Under the pieces are notes generated by a model. It searched no databases. It worked only from the letters and a program-made list of their open reading frames with translations, and was not told where the DNA came from. The position numbers were made by a program, and so were the translations under genes. A stretch of 32,118 nt of DNA, from IMG/VR virus record IMGVR_UViG_3300045284_000308, positions 1-32,118 of that record, one strand, 5' to 3'. Source of the stretch: a virus (Duplodnaviria > Caudoviricetes). The first letter of the stretch is position 1. Each line of letters begins with the position of its first letter. This document shows positions 1-8,818 of this stretch, piece after piece.

Positions 1-101
1 CTTTCGCTTTAAATTCTGCACATTTAGATCCGTTCGAATCCGGTTGGACTTAGGTCCTGGGCCGGTGGGCTATGGTTGGGTGGGCGACGAAGGGTGATGA
101 G

Positions 102-863
102 ATGAGGGGGCCAAAACCGACGCCGACGCATCTAAAAATCCTACGCGGCAATCCTGGCCAGCGCCGTTTGCATCCTGAGGTTGAACCGGCTGCCGCCGCA
201 GACATTCCCGATCCGCCCGGGTTTTTGACGTCCGACGCCAAGGTGGAATGGCGGCGAATTGTCACCGAGTTATATCGCTTGGGATTGTTGACGCTTGTCG
301 ACGAACGCCCGTTCGCGGCTTACTGCCAGGCTTACGGGCGTTGGGTCGCGGCGGAAAAAGCGATTGCCAGGATGGCCGAAGGCGACCCACTGAACCACGG
401 ATTGATGATCAAGTCTGACACCGGCAACACGATTAAGAACCCACTGGTCGGGATTGCCAGTCAATCTGCCGCCGAGATGGTGAAATATGCCGCCGAGTTC
501 GGATTTACTCCTGCCGCCCGCGCCCGCATCGCCGCTGGGGTTGCTTCCGGAAGCGTCAAGTCGAAGTTTGCCGGCCTTATCGGCGGAAGTGAAGCGGACG
601 CTGGACGGAAGGCGGCGCGCGGCGCGCGTTATCAGGTTCATCGAAACGCTGACGGTGCCGAGTGGGAAGGGCCAGGGGAAGCGGTTCAAGCTGGCGACGT
701 TCCAGAAAAATTGGATTCGGGACATCTACGAGCCGCACCGGAACGGGCGCCGGGTGGTGCGCCGAGCGATCCTGTCCATCGGCCGGAAAAATGGCAAGAC
801 GGCGTTGATCGCGGCGCTGGCGCTAGCACACTTGGTAGGACCGGAAGCGATTCCGAACGGTGA
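102..863 (+). CDS. terS: Terminase small subunit (P27-like family); the reading frame runs about 275 nt into terL
   Basis: The N-terminus RGPKPTPTHLKILRGNPG, the PDPP..L...A..EW.R segment, AYCQAY and the C-terminal NPLV...EFGFTPAARAR are typical of P27-type small terminases. ATG at 102 was chosen over 72. The recognisable protein ends near KFAGLIGG (about 587) but the frame stays open to 863. Confidence 0.85.
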   Translation: MRGPKPTPTHLKILRGNPGQRRLHPEVEPAAAADIPDPPGFLTSDAKVEWRRIVTELYRLGLLTLVDERPFAAYCQAYGRWVAAEKAIARMAEGDPLNHGLMIKSDTGNTIKNPLVGIASQSAAEMVKYAAEFGFTPAARARIAAGVASGSVKSKFAGLIGGSEADAGRKAARGARYQVHRNADGAEWEGPGEAVQAGDVPEKLDSGHLRAAPERAPGGAPSDPVHRPEKWQDGVDRGAGASTLGRTGSDSER

Positions 864-2160
864 AATCTATTCGGCAGCGAACGATCGCGACCAGGCGGCG
901 ATCGTGTTCAAGTTCGCTCGCCAGATCATCGAGCAGGAGCCCGAGTTGGTGGCGATGGTCGAGGTGGTGCCTTCGACCAAGACCATGGTGGCGCGACCGA
1001 CCGGCTCGATCTATCGCGCGGTGTCGGCGGAAGCTGGTACGAAGCACGGCTATTTACCGAGCCTCGTCATCTACGACGAGCTGGCACAGGCGAAGAATCG
1101 CGATCTCTACGACGTCCTCGACACTTCGTTCGGCGCCCGCGAGGAGCCGCTGTTCGTCACCATCAGCACGCAATCGAACGATCCCGAGCACATCCTTTCG
1201 AGGCTGATCGACGACGGATTGTCGAAGACTGATCCGGCAATCGTTTGTCATCTGTACGCCGCGGACGAGGACTGCGCGCTCGACGATGAAGCGCAATGGG
1301 TGAAGGCCAATCCGGCGCTCGGCATCTTTCGCGATCGCGAGGACCTGGTCACCGCGGTGCGCAAGGCGATGCGCATGCCGGCGGAAGAGCCGAAGGTCCG
1401 CAATCTGTTTCTCAATCAGCGGGTCTCGCCGTCATCGCCGTTGATCGCTCGCGCCGAATGGTTCGCTTGTGCCGCAAGCGGCCCGATTGAGTTCGTCGAT
1501 GGTGAGGACGTTTATCTCGGCCTCGACCTGTCGAGCGTGCTCGATCTCACCGCGCTGGTGATGGGCTCGGTCGATGAGCCGATGCGAGTGCAGTCTTGGT
1601 TCTGGAAGCCGGCCGAGTTGTTGCGTGAGCATGGCGATCGCGATTTCGGCGCTGGCAACCAGCGTTATGTCGAGTGGCACGACGCCGGCCATCTCAACAC
1701 CAGCCCTGGCAAGAGCATCGCGCCCGAGGTGATCGCGCGGTTCGTGGCTGAACTGACACAGCGCTACCGGATTCGCGGCCTGGCCTATGATCGCTGGCGC
1801 ATCGACGAACTGATGCGTGAATTTGATCGGCTCGGGCTGCAGACCTACAAGGACGGCGACAAGGGCGATGGCTTGCGCGTGGTGCCGTGGGGCCAGGGCT
1901 TCAAGGACATGGCGCCGGCGATCGATGCGCTCGAGCTCGCGATCACCGAGCGCTCGCTCGTGCATGGCAACAACCCGCTCTTGAACTGGAACATCGGCAA
2001 CGCCATCGCCACCACCGATCCGGCCGGCAACCGCAAGCTCGACAAGGGCAAGGCGCGATTCCGCATCGACGGTGCGGTGGCGCTCGCGATGCTGCTCGGG
2101 CTCCGCGCGCGCGATCGGCAAACGGACAAGCCGATCGATATCGAAGCTCTTATCGGGTAG
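589..2160 (+). CDS. terL: Terminase large subunit
   Basis: Walker A ILSIGRKNGKT, Walker B LVIYDELA, coupling motif ISTQ, nuclease motifs GLDLS, YDRW and RIDGAVA. Probable GTG start at 589; the ORF track extends to 487. Confidence 0.95.
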   Translation: MKRTLDGRRRAARVIRFIETLTVPSGKGQGKRFKLATFQKNWIRDIYEPHRNGRRVVRRAILSIGRKNGKTALIAALALAHLVGPEAIPNGEIYSAANDRDQAAIVFKFARQIIEQEPELVAMVEVVPSTKTMVARPTGSIYRAVSAEAGTKHGYLPSLVIYDELAQAKNRDLYDVLDTSFGAREEPLFVTISTQSNDPEHILSRLIDDGLSKTDPAIVCHLYAADEDCALDDEAQWVKANPALGIFRDREDLVTAVRKAMRMPAEEPKVRNLFLNQRVSPSSPLIARAEWFACAASGPIEFVDGEDVYLGLDLSSVLDLTALVMGSVDEPMRVQSWFWKPAELLREHGDRDFGAGNQRYVEWHDAGHLNTSPGKSIAPEVIARFVAELTQRYRIRGLAYDRWRIDELMREFDRLGLQTYKDGDKGDGLRVVPWGQGFKDMAPAIDALELAITERSLVHGNNPLLNWNIGNAIATTDPAGNRKLDKGKARFRIDGAVALAMLLGLRARDRQTDKPIDIEALIG

Positions 2161-2176
2161 CACAGTAAGACCGCCG

Positions 2177-2464
2177 ATGTCCGAGCGCGAGGCCTGGCAT
2201 CATTTTTATGGCGGCTATTGGCAGCGGCGCCGGCGGTTGCATCTGCTCGAACACCCGCTTTGCAAGTTCTGCGCTGAGAACGGGCTGGTCGTCCGTGCGA
2301 GCGTGGTCGATCACGTCAAGGCGCACCGCGGTGACTGGAATTTGTTCGTGCTCGGTGAGCTGCAATCGCTGTGCAAGCACTGCCACGATTCGATCAAGCA
2401 GAGGCACGAGCAGACGGGTGTAAGCGCCGTCGATGCCGACGGCTGGCCGCTCGATCGGAGATGA
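2177..2464 (+). CDS. HNH endonuclease, HK97 gp74-like terminase cofactor
   Basis: HPLCKFC...VVDHVKAHRGD...LQSLCKHCH gives two CxxC pairs and the DH motif. About 95 aa, next to the terminase genes. Confidence 0.88.
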   Translation: MSEREAWHHFYGGYWQRRRRLHLLEHPLCKFCAENGLVVRASVVDHVKAHRGDWNLFVLGELQSLCKHCHDSIKQRHEQTGVSAVDADGWPLDRR

Positions 2465-2610
2465 AAGGGTTCGGAGAGAGGCTTCTGTTTCTGCTGACTC
2501 GCCGCCTTGCATTTGGCGGTGGGAGCTTCAGGCGACTTGCTGCTTGCGCTTACGCCATCCGGCCGCTTTGTGTCCGTCCTCTCACCGAACCCTTCGGGGG
2601 TTCTTTCTGT
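2465..2610. other. Structured intergenic element: a 17-bp closing stem, an internal hairpin and an overlapping UUCG hairpin
   Basis: 2465-2481 pairs with 2578-2594 (one mismatch). An internal hairpin spans 2494-2531. GAACCC-TTCG-GGGGTTC (2587-2603) is followed by TTTCT. Confidence 0.5.
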
Positions 2611-2639
2611 GACCTACTGGCCATTCCCATTTCCGTCCT

Positions 2640-2730
2640 GATGTCAGTAATATATAGTATTCGAAGAATAGTGCAAGTATAGAAACGCGAATACTACAAA
2701 TTATCTCAACTATTTTTTAGACAATACAGT
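2640..2730. promoter_or_regulatory. AT-rich probable promoter region upstream of the capsid gene
   Basis: Sharp AT-rich island in a GC-rich genome. The minus strand reads TTGCAC-N16-TATATT (2676-2649). Confidence 0.35.
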
Positions 2731-2774
2731 TGAAGCCACACAGTAAATCACACACTACATCGCAGGAGTCCGAC

Positions 2775-4916
2775 ATGCGCATGCAACAGCGCCAGGGCGA
2801 TCTCTATCCCGCGCTCGATGAATCCTACATCGATTTCATGAGCCGTTGCGGCAATGAGATCGGCGATCAGGACGTCTGCCAACTGATCTGGGAGGACGCC
2901 TGGGACGAGGACCGCAGCGCTAAAAATGGCGACATCCGCCACAAGACCCATGCCGGCAAGACAGGCGGGCTCGAATATGTGCTGTCGGACGAGACGCCCG
3001 ATCGCATGGGCGACGTCATCATGGCTGATGGCTGGGACTTGGCGAACTTCCAGAAGAATCCGATCGCGCTGTTCGGGCACAACAGTAGTTTCCCGATCGG
3101 CAAATGGAAGAACCTGCGCGTCGTCGATAAGCAATTGCGCGGCCGCCTCGAGCTCGCAGCGGCTGGCACCAGTCCACGCATCGATGAAATCCGCGCGTTG
3201 GTCGACGCCGACATTCTGCGCGCCGTCAGCGTGGGCTTCGCCCCAAAGGAGTCCAGGCCGCGGCCGGAATCCGATTTCGGCGTGTTCTTCACCAAAGCCG
3301 AGTTGATGGAAACCAGCTTGGTTGCGGTTCCAGCCAATCCGAACGCACTGGCGGTCGCCAAGTCGCTCAACATTTCGCCTGCCACCATCGATCTGGTGTT
3401 TGCCGGGAAAGGCAACGGACATCAGCGCAGACGGCGCGGGCTCACCGGCGGGCAAGCCGAGACACCACCGCAAGTCATCAGAAAGGGCACGACCATGTCG
3501 TCGTTTGCTCAACGCATCACGGCTACCGAGCAGCGCCTCAACGCGCTGCGCGATCAACTTAACGAGCACTGGACTAAGACCGACGAAACCAATGTCAGCG
3601 ACGAGCAGCTGAGCACCGCTAACGGGATCACCGAGCGGATCAACCAAGAAGAGCGGGCGCTGGCCGGCTTGCGCGATGCCGAGCGTCATCTCGCCTCCAC
3701 GTCGGACGATGGAACCGGCTCTCGCGCACTCGTTCCAGCACGGGCGGCACAATCATCGATCGTCACCGCACCTGCGGTTCTGACGCCGCGCCCGTTCAGC
3801 CTGGCGCCCAAAAAACAACTGAGTGCCCTCGATCATCTGGTGCGCGCTGGCACCGTGATGCTCAAAGCGCATTGCGATCGCGCGCCTTTCCAGCAGAAGC
3901 TGGTGGAAATCTACGGCCAGGATGAAGGCACGCGCGCGGTGCTCGAATGGACGCAGCGCGCCGCTTCTACTGTGGCGACGACCACGCAAACCGGATGGGC
4001 CGCCGAGCTATCCCAGACGCTGTTCACCGCCTTTATGGAGGTGCTGTATCCGAAGGCGATCTATCCGCGGCTGGCGGCCAAGGGCCTGTCGCTGAGCTTC
4101 GGCCCTGCGGGAAAAATCCTCATTCCGACGCGGGCGACCACTCCGACCGTCGCCGGCTCGTTCGTCGGCGAAGGACTGCCGATCCCGGTCCGCCAGGGTT
4201 TGTTTACATCACAAACGCTGACGCCAAAGAAGATGGCGGTCATCACGACTTGGACCCGGGAAATCCAGGACCATTCGGTGCCCGCGATCGAGGGCTTACT
4301 GCGCGACGCCGTGCAGGAAGACACCGCAATTTCGCTCGACTCGGTGCTGCTCGACGCCAACGCGGCGACGACCGTGCGCCCGGCCGGCATCTTGAACGGC
4401 GTTAGCGCCCTTACGGCGACGACTGGCGGCGGCTTCGCGGCGCTGACCGGCGACATCAAAGCGGTCTCCGGGGCTCTGCTCACCGGCACCAGGGGCAATG
4501 TCCGCAACCCGGTTTGGCTGATGAATCCGCAACAGATCAACAGCGCGCTCTATGTTGCGGCTCCCGGTGCAGGCGTGTTCCCGTATCGTGGTGAGATTCA
4601 AGCCGGTCAGTTGGGCGGCTGGCCGATCATCGATTCCGGCACGGTCCCGGCCGGCACCGTAATTGCCATTGATGCCGCGGACTTCGTTGCGGTGGGCGGC
4701 GATGCTCCACGCTTCGAAATCAGCGACCAGGCGACGCTGCACATGGAGGACACCACGCCGCTCGACATCGGCACGCCGGGCTCGCCGGCCACGGTAGCGG
4801 CGCCGGTCAAATCGATGTGGCAGACGGATTCGCTTGCCCTGCGGTTGATCCTGCCGACCAACTGGACGATCCGCCGCGCGGGCGTCGTCGCCTGGGTTGC
4901 CGGGGTCACATGGTAG
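2775..4916 (+). CDS. Fused HK97-type prohead protease / scaffold / major capsid protein
   Basis: RBS AGGAG precedes ATG 2775. Protease motifs DRMGDVI, NPIALFGHN, PIGKW, AVSVGF and ETSLVAVPANPNA are followed by a coiled-coil segment, then capsid-like FVGEG...LTPKK...RPAGIL...WLMNP...MWQTD. Confidence 0.93.
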   Translation: MRMQQRQGDLYPALDESYIDFMSRCGNEIGDQDVCQLIWEDAWDEDRSAKNGDIRHKTHAGKTGGLEYVLSDETPDRMGDVIMADGWDLANFQKNPIALFGHNSSFPIGKWKNLRVVDKQLRGRLELAAAGTSPRIDEIRALVDADILRAVSVGFAPKESRPRPESDFGVFFTKAELMETSLVAVPANPNALAVAKSLNISPATIDLVFAGKGNGHQRRRRGLTGGQAETPPQVIRKGTTMSSFAQRITATEQRLNALRDQLNEHWTKTDETNVSDEQLSTANGITERINQEERALAGLRDAERHLASTSDDGTGSRALVPARAAQSSIVTAPAVLTPRPFSLAPKKQLSALDHLVRAGTVMLKAHCDRAPFQQKLVEIYGQDEGTRAVLEWTQRAASTVATTTQTGWAAELSQTLFTAFMEVLYPKAIYPRLAAKGLSLSFGPAGKILIPTRATTPTVAGSFVGEGLPIPVRQGLFTSQTLTPKKMAVITTWTREIQDHSVPAIEGLLRDAVQEDTAISLDSVLLDANAATTVRPAGILNGVSALTATTGGGFAALTGDIKAVSGALLTGTRGNVRNPVWLMNPQQINSALYVAAPGAGVFPYRGEIQAGQLGGWPIIDSGTVPAGTVIAIDAADFVAVGGDAPRFEISDQATLHMEDTTPLDIGTPGSPATVAAPVKSMWQTDSLALRLILPTNWTIRRAGVVAWVAGVTW

Positions 4917-4961
4917 CCTGGGGTTCATCCTGAACTTTCCCATAACAGAAGGAGGTCCATC

Positions 4962-5327
4962 GTGACCGACACCGATCATCAAGCACAGGCGCAAGAACGA
5001 GCTCGCGCCACTGAAGCGCAAAATGAAGCCGTCAAAAAGCGCCTCGCCGAGGAGCGGCAAGCGCGTGAAAAGGCGCACGCCGAACACCGCGATGCGCTCG
5101 GCGGCGGCAACGTAAAGCCGACGCCGACGCAGGAGGAGAATGATCTCGCGGCATCGGGCGTCCATATCATCGAGCACGAGCCGGACGGCTCGCCGCCAGA
5201 TCCGGGTATCAACCAGCCGGCGCCGCTGGGCAGTACCGCCGGCCACATCACGCGGCAGGTCGAGCCGGGCAAGCCGGCGAGCCGTGGCGCCTATCCGACC
5301 CGCAGCGTGACGCCAGAAAAAGTATGA
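4962..5327 (+). CDS. Hypothetical head-associated protein
   Basis: Strong RBS AAGGAGG before GTG. Charged helical N-terminus and PTPTQEEND motif. The stop overlaps the portal start (ATGA). Confidence 0.75.
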   Translation: MTDTDHQAQAQERARATEAQNEAVKKRLAEERQAREKAHAEHRDALGGGNVKPTPTQEENDLAASGVHIIEHEPDGSPPDPGINQPAPLGSTAGHITRQVEPGKPASRGAYPTRSVTPEKV

Positions 5328-6784
5328 CTGAGACGGCTGTCGCCAAGCCGCGGTTTCGCGTCAAGGCCGGGAGCGTTCCGACGCTTAGCAAGGCCGAGGG
5401 CGAACCGCACGCCGGCCCATGGCTGCTGCCGGTCAGCGGCGGCTGGCTTCCGGCCGACGTCGGCGACAGCTGGAACTGGTGGCAGAACGGGCACAACATC
5501 GTCGGGCTATCGACGCAATCGGCGATGGTCGAGGCTTGCGTGTCCGCCTATTCGCAAACCGTCGCCATGTGTCCCGGCGATCATTGGCGGCTCAACGACA
5601 AAGGCGGGCGCGAGCGCATCAAGACGTCGTCGCTCTCGCGCCTGCTTCGTCATCCTAACGACTATCAATCCATCAGTGATTTTCTGCTCAACGCAACACG
5701 CTCGCTCTACCTTTACGGCAACACCTATGCGCTCGGGCTGCGCAACGCGCGGTTCGAGATCGACGAGTTGCACCTGATGGACCCGCAGTTGTCCTATCCG
5801 CGCCTCGCCAGCAACGGTGAGATTTTCTATCAGTTGCACGGCAACCAGGTTGTCGAGAAGCGGTTCGGACCCGAGCCGATTCTCGTGCCGCAACGCGACG
5901 TGCTGCACATCCGCTTGCATACGGTGCAGCATCGCTACCCGTCGCCGCTGGTCGGCGAGAGCCCGATCGTCGCGGCCTATAGCGATATCGGCATCAACAG
6001 CGCGATCGGGCAGCAGCAGCTGCGCTACTATCTCAACCAGGCGCGGCCATCGGCCGTGATCTCGACCGATCTGACGCTCGACAAGGACCAGGTACAGGCC
6101 CTGCGCGACCGATGGAACGAGCAGGCAAAAGGCCTGCACCAGGGCGGCACACCGATCCTTACTTCTGGCCTGAAGGTCCTGCCCTGGTCGCAAAGCGGCA
6201 AGGATGCCGCCACCGCGGAGATGCTGAAGCTATCGAACGAGCACATTGCGCTCGCCTTTCGCATCCCATTGCAAATCCTCGGCATCGGCGGCACGACCTA
6301 CAGTTCAACCGAGTTGCTGATGCAGAGCTGGATCGCCAGCGGTTTGGGGTTCGCGCTCAATCACATTGAAGAATCGCTCGGGCTGTTGTTCGACCTCCAG
6401 GGACAGCCCGACGAGTACGTGGAGTTCGACACCGAAGCGCTACTGCGCTCGGCGATGAAAGACCGCATCGAAAGCCTTGCGCGCGGTGTGCAAGGCGGCA
6501 TCTTCGCGCCGAATGAAGCGCGGGCGCTCGAAGGCTATGAAGCAGTGCCCTACGGCGACGAGCCGCGCGTGCAGCAGCAGGTCGTACCGCTCAGCCAAGT
6601 CGGCAAGATTCCCGCGCCGGTCGCGCCATCAGCGCCGATCGCGGCGCCGCCAGCGCCGAACGAGCAGTCAAAGCCGCCAACACCGGCACCGCCGCAAAAA
6701 GGCAACCGCGATGACACTGCACGAAAGGTCCGAAGCATTCATGCCAGTGCCGACCGATTCGGACGACGCCGACCCGCTGCTTGA
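5324..6784 (+). CDS. Portal protein (HK97 family)
   Basis: VEACV, LLRHPN.YQ, LYLYGNTY, DVLHIR, GESPI, IALAFRIP, YSSTE, VEFDTEALLR and PNEARALEG, followed by a Pro-rich C-terminal tail. Confidence 0.95.
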   Translation: MTETAVAKPRFRVKAGSVPTLSKAEGEPHAGPWLLPVSGGWLPADVGDSWNWWQNGHNIVGLSTQSAMVEACVSAYSQTVAMCPGDHWRLNDKGGRERIKTSSLSRLLRHPNDYQSISDFLLNATRSLYLYGNTYALGLRNARFEIDELHLMDPQLSYPRLASNGEIFYQLHGNQVVEKRFGPEPILVPQRDVLHIRLHTVQHRYPSPLVGESPIVAAYSDIGINSAIGQQQLRYYLNQARPSAVISTDLTLDKDQVQALRDRWNEQAKGLHQGGTPILTSGLKVLPWSQSGKDAATAEMLKLSNEHIALAFRIPLQILGIGGTTYSSTELLMQSWIASGLGFALNHIEESLGLLFDLQGQPDEYVEFDTEALLRSAMKDRIESLARGVQGGIFAPNEARALEGYEAVPYGDEPRVQQQVVPLSQVGKIPAPVAPSAPIAAPPAPNEQSKPPTPAPPQKGNRDDTARKVRSIHASADRFGRRRPAA

Positions 6785-7733
6785 TGCGTGGAGCGAGGCG
6801 CTCGGCGAGGTGCTCGACACCGAGCGCCGGCAATGGCAGCGCGAGCGCGCTCTGATCGAGGCGCAGGCGGCCGAAGTCATCGCAACGCTGCGGGCTGAAG
6901 TTACAGAGCTACGTGCTGACGTTATGGCGCAGGTCATGGCGCGGCTTGGCGAGCTCAAGGACGGAGAGAAGGGCGAACGTGGTGAGCAGGGCGAGAAAGG
7001 CAATTGCGGCGAAGTTGGCGCGGCAGGCGAGCGCGGAGAGCAGGGCGAAGCCGGGGCGGCAGGCGAACGCGGAGAACAAGGCGAACGCGGAGAACAAGGC
7101 GAAGTTGGCGCAGCAGGTGCTCGGGGTGAGCAAGGCGAAGTTGGTGCGGCAGGCGAGCGCGGAGAGAAAGGCGAGCGCGGAGAGAAAGGCGAGCGCGGCG
7201 AGCAAGGTGCGCCGGGGCGTTTGAGCGTGGCGAAAGCATTCGTCGAGGGCGCGGTCCATTATGAGGGCGACGTTGTGCTTGCCTCGGGCAGTACCTGGCA
7301 GGCACGTTGCGATACCGCCCGCGCGCCACCGCACGAGGATTGGCTTTGCATCGCCGCCAAGGGGCGCGACGCAGCGATGCCAAACGTGCGTGGCACCTGG
7401 AGCGAGGGCGAAACCTATGCGGCGCTCGATATCGTCGCGCTCGGCGGTTCGAGCTTCATTGCCCGGCGCGACCAGCCCGGCCGTTGTCCGGGCGAGGGCT
7501 GGCAGTTGATCGCCTCGGCCGGCAAGCCTGGCATCAAGGGGCCGAAGGGCGACACCGGCGAACGCGGCGAGCCTGGTGTGCGCGGGTTGCCGGGTGCGGC
7601 GGCGCCGTTGATCATCGGTTGGACGATCGACCGTAAGGCTTATGCGGCCACGCCGATCCTCTCGGACCAAAGCCCGGCACCACCGCTTGAACTGCGCGCA
7701 CTGTTCGAGCAGTTCCACGACGAGGCGCGCTGA
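6741..7733 (+). CDS. Collagen-repeat virion protein with a coiled-coil N-terminus and two short CBM5/12-like aromatic repeats
   Basis: 29 consecutive Gly-X-Y triplets (6963-7223) and a second short run near the C-terminus. Repeats Y.GDVV..GSTW.A and W..GETY..LDIV..GGSSF.A. The start could be 6711 or 6741. Confidence 0.75.
   Translation: MPVPTDSDDADPLLDAWSEALGEVLDTERRQWQRERALIEAQAAEVIATLRAEVTELRADVMAQVMARLGELKDGEKGERGEQGEKGNCGEVGAAGERGEQGEAGAAGERGEQGERGEQGEVGAAGARGEQGEVGAAGERGEKGERGEKGERGEQGAPGRLSVAKAFVEGAVHYEGDVVLASGSTWQARCDTARAPPHEDWLCIAAKGRDAAMPNVRGTWSEGETYAALDIVALGGSSFIARRDQPGRCPGEGWQLIASAGKPGIKGPKGDTGERGEPGVRGLPGAAAPLIIGWTIDRKAYAATPILSDQSPAPPLELRALFEQFHDEAR
6963..7223 (+). repeat. Collagen-like Gly-X-Y coding repeat (29 triplets, rich in GEK/GER/GEQ/GAA)
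   Basis: Read directly from the translation. Confidence 0.95.
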
Positions 7734-8383
7734 TGGCGGATGTCTGGGTCAAGGTGCTGACGCCGGCCAATAGCTATGCGCTACTGACGCTGGACGAGCT
7801 GAAGGCCATGCTCAACGTGCCGTCGACGAACACCGGCGAGGACACGCAGCTGCAGTTGTGGATCGATCAGTACAGCGACGTGGTCGCGACCATGTGCAAT
7901 CGCGTGTTTGCTTATGAGACAGTCGAAGAGACCTGGCGCGGCGACTTGCTGCCGTTCGACGCTCCGCGTTTGTTCTTGACGCGCTACCCGGTCGCCGACG
8001 CCGACCTGACGGCGGTGGAATCGCCGCGAGGTTCAACGCTCGACCCGGCGAGCTACGAGATCGAAAACAGCTCCGGCAAGCTGCGCATCGAAGGGCGTTG
8101 GACCGAGCCGGTCATGGTAACCTACAGCGGCGGCTACCACCTGCCGGACGAGGCGCCGCAGGCACTCAAGGCAGCGACCGGGCTCTTGATCCAGGCCGCG
8201 CGGCTGCAGGCGCAGATCAATGCCTCCAAAGGCGTCCGATTGATCTCGCATCAAGACACCCGCATACAGTATTTCGATCCGGTGCAGATGTTCGGTGGCA
8301 AGTCTGGCAGCACTGGGCCGCTGCAGGCGGCAACCGACACCGTCAACGCCTTGCTCAACGCTTACATGCGCCTTCATGTGTGA
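7733..8383 (+). CDS. Head-tail connector (gp6/gp15-like adaptor)
   Basis: LLTLDELKAML, D..L..W, CNRVF, V.VTY.GGY and P..LK.A motifs, in the expected position after the portal module. Confidence 0.8.
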   Translation: MADVWVKVLTPANSYALLTLDELKAMLNVPSTNTGEDTQLQLWIDQYSDVVATMCNRVFAYETVEETWRGDLLPFDAPRLFLTRYPVADADLTAVESPRGSTLDPASYEIENSSGKLRIEGRWTEPVMVTYSGGYHLPDEAPQALKAATGLLIQAARLQAQINASKGVRLISHQDTRIQYFDPVQMFGGKSGSTGPLQAATDTVNALLNAYMRLHV

Positions 8384-8392
8384 GCACGAACG

Positions 8393-8818
8393 GTGGATGG
8401 CGTGAGCGTCGACTATAGCGCGCTGCTGTATGATCCCGTCTACGCGGTAATCGGCGTGCCGGCCGTCATCGGCACTACGGAAATCACGGTCATTGACGCT
8501 ACCCGGGCGAAGGCGCTCCCGGTCTCAGGGGGAGGCCAGACAGCGGAGGTGAGCAGCGTCGGGCCTGCGGCTTTCGCGCGTGTTTATGAACTCGATGCTA
8601 AAGGTATCACTCGCGATGTTTGGCTTGATGCGCCGCTCGCTTTCAACGGCAGAACCTGGACGGTGCGTTCCTGGGAGTTGCGTGGCAGTCCCAACGGCGA
8701 AGACCTGGGCGAGGTGCGGTTTTTGCTGAAAGAGTACAACGCCGGCAACGGCGGCGGCGGCGGCGGCTTTGTGTCGAGCTCCGTGTCGAGCCGCTCGATT
8801 GCGGGAGGGGCGATCTAA
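8393..8818 (+). CDS. Probable head-closure / head-tail joining protein
   Basis: Follows the adaptor, small and beta-rich, with FNGRTWTV...GEVRFLL. The start could be GTG 8393 or 8402. Confidence 0.6.
   Translation: MDGVSVDYSALLYDPVYAVIGVPAVIGTTEITVIDATRAKALPVSGGGQTAEVSSVGPAAFARVYELDAKGITRDVWLDAPLAFNGRTWTVRSWELRGSPNGEDLGEVRFLLKEYNAGNGGGGGGFVSSSVSSRSIAGGAI

Noticed and set aside
27-45. GTTCGAATCC resembling a tRNA T-loop
   Set aside because: The T-stem is imperfect and there is no acceptor or anticodon arm.
1-100. Possible cos site upstream of terS
   Set aside because: The position is plausible, but I cannot identify a specific cos sequence.
2371-2682. Plus-strand ORF across the structured intergenic region
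   Set aside because: It has atypical composition and no properly spaced RBS, and is better explained as a non-coding structure plus promoter region.
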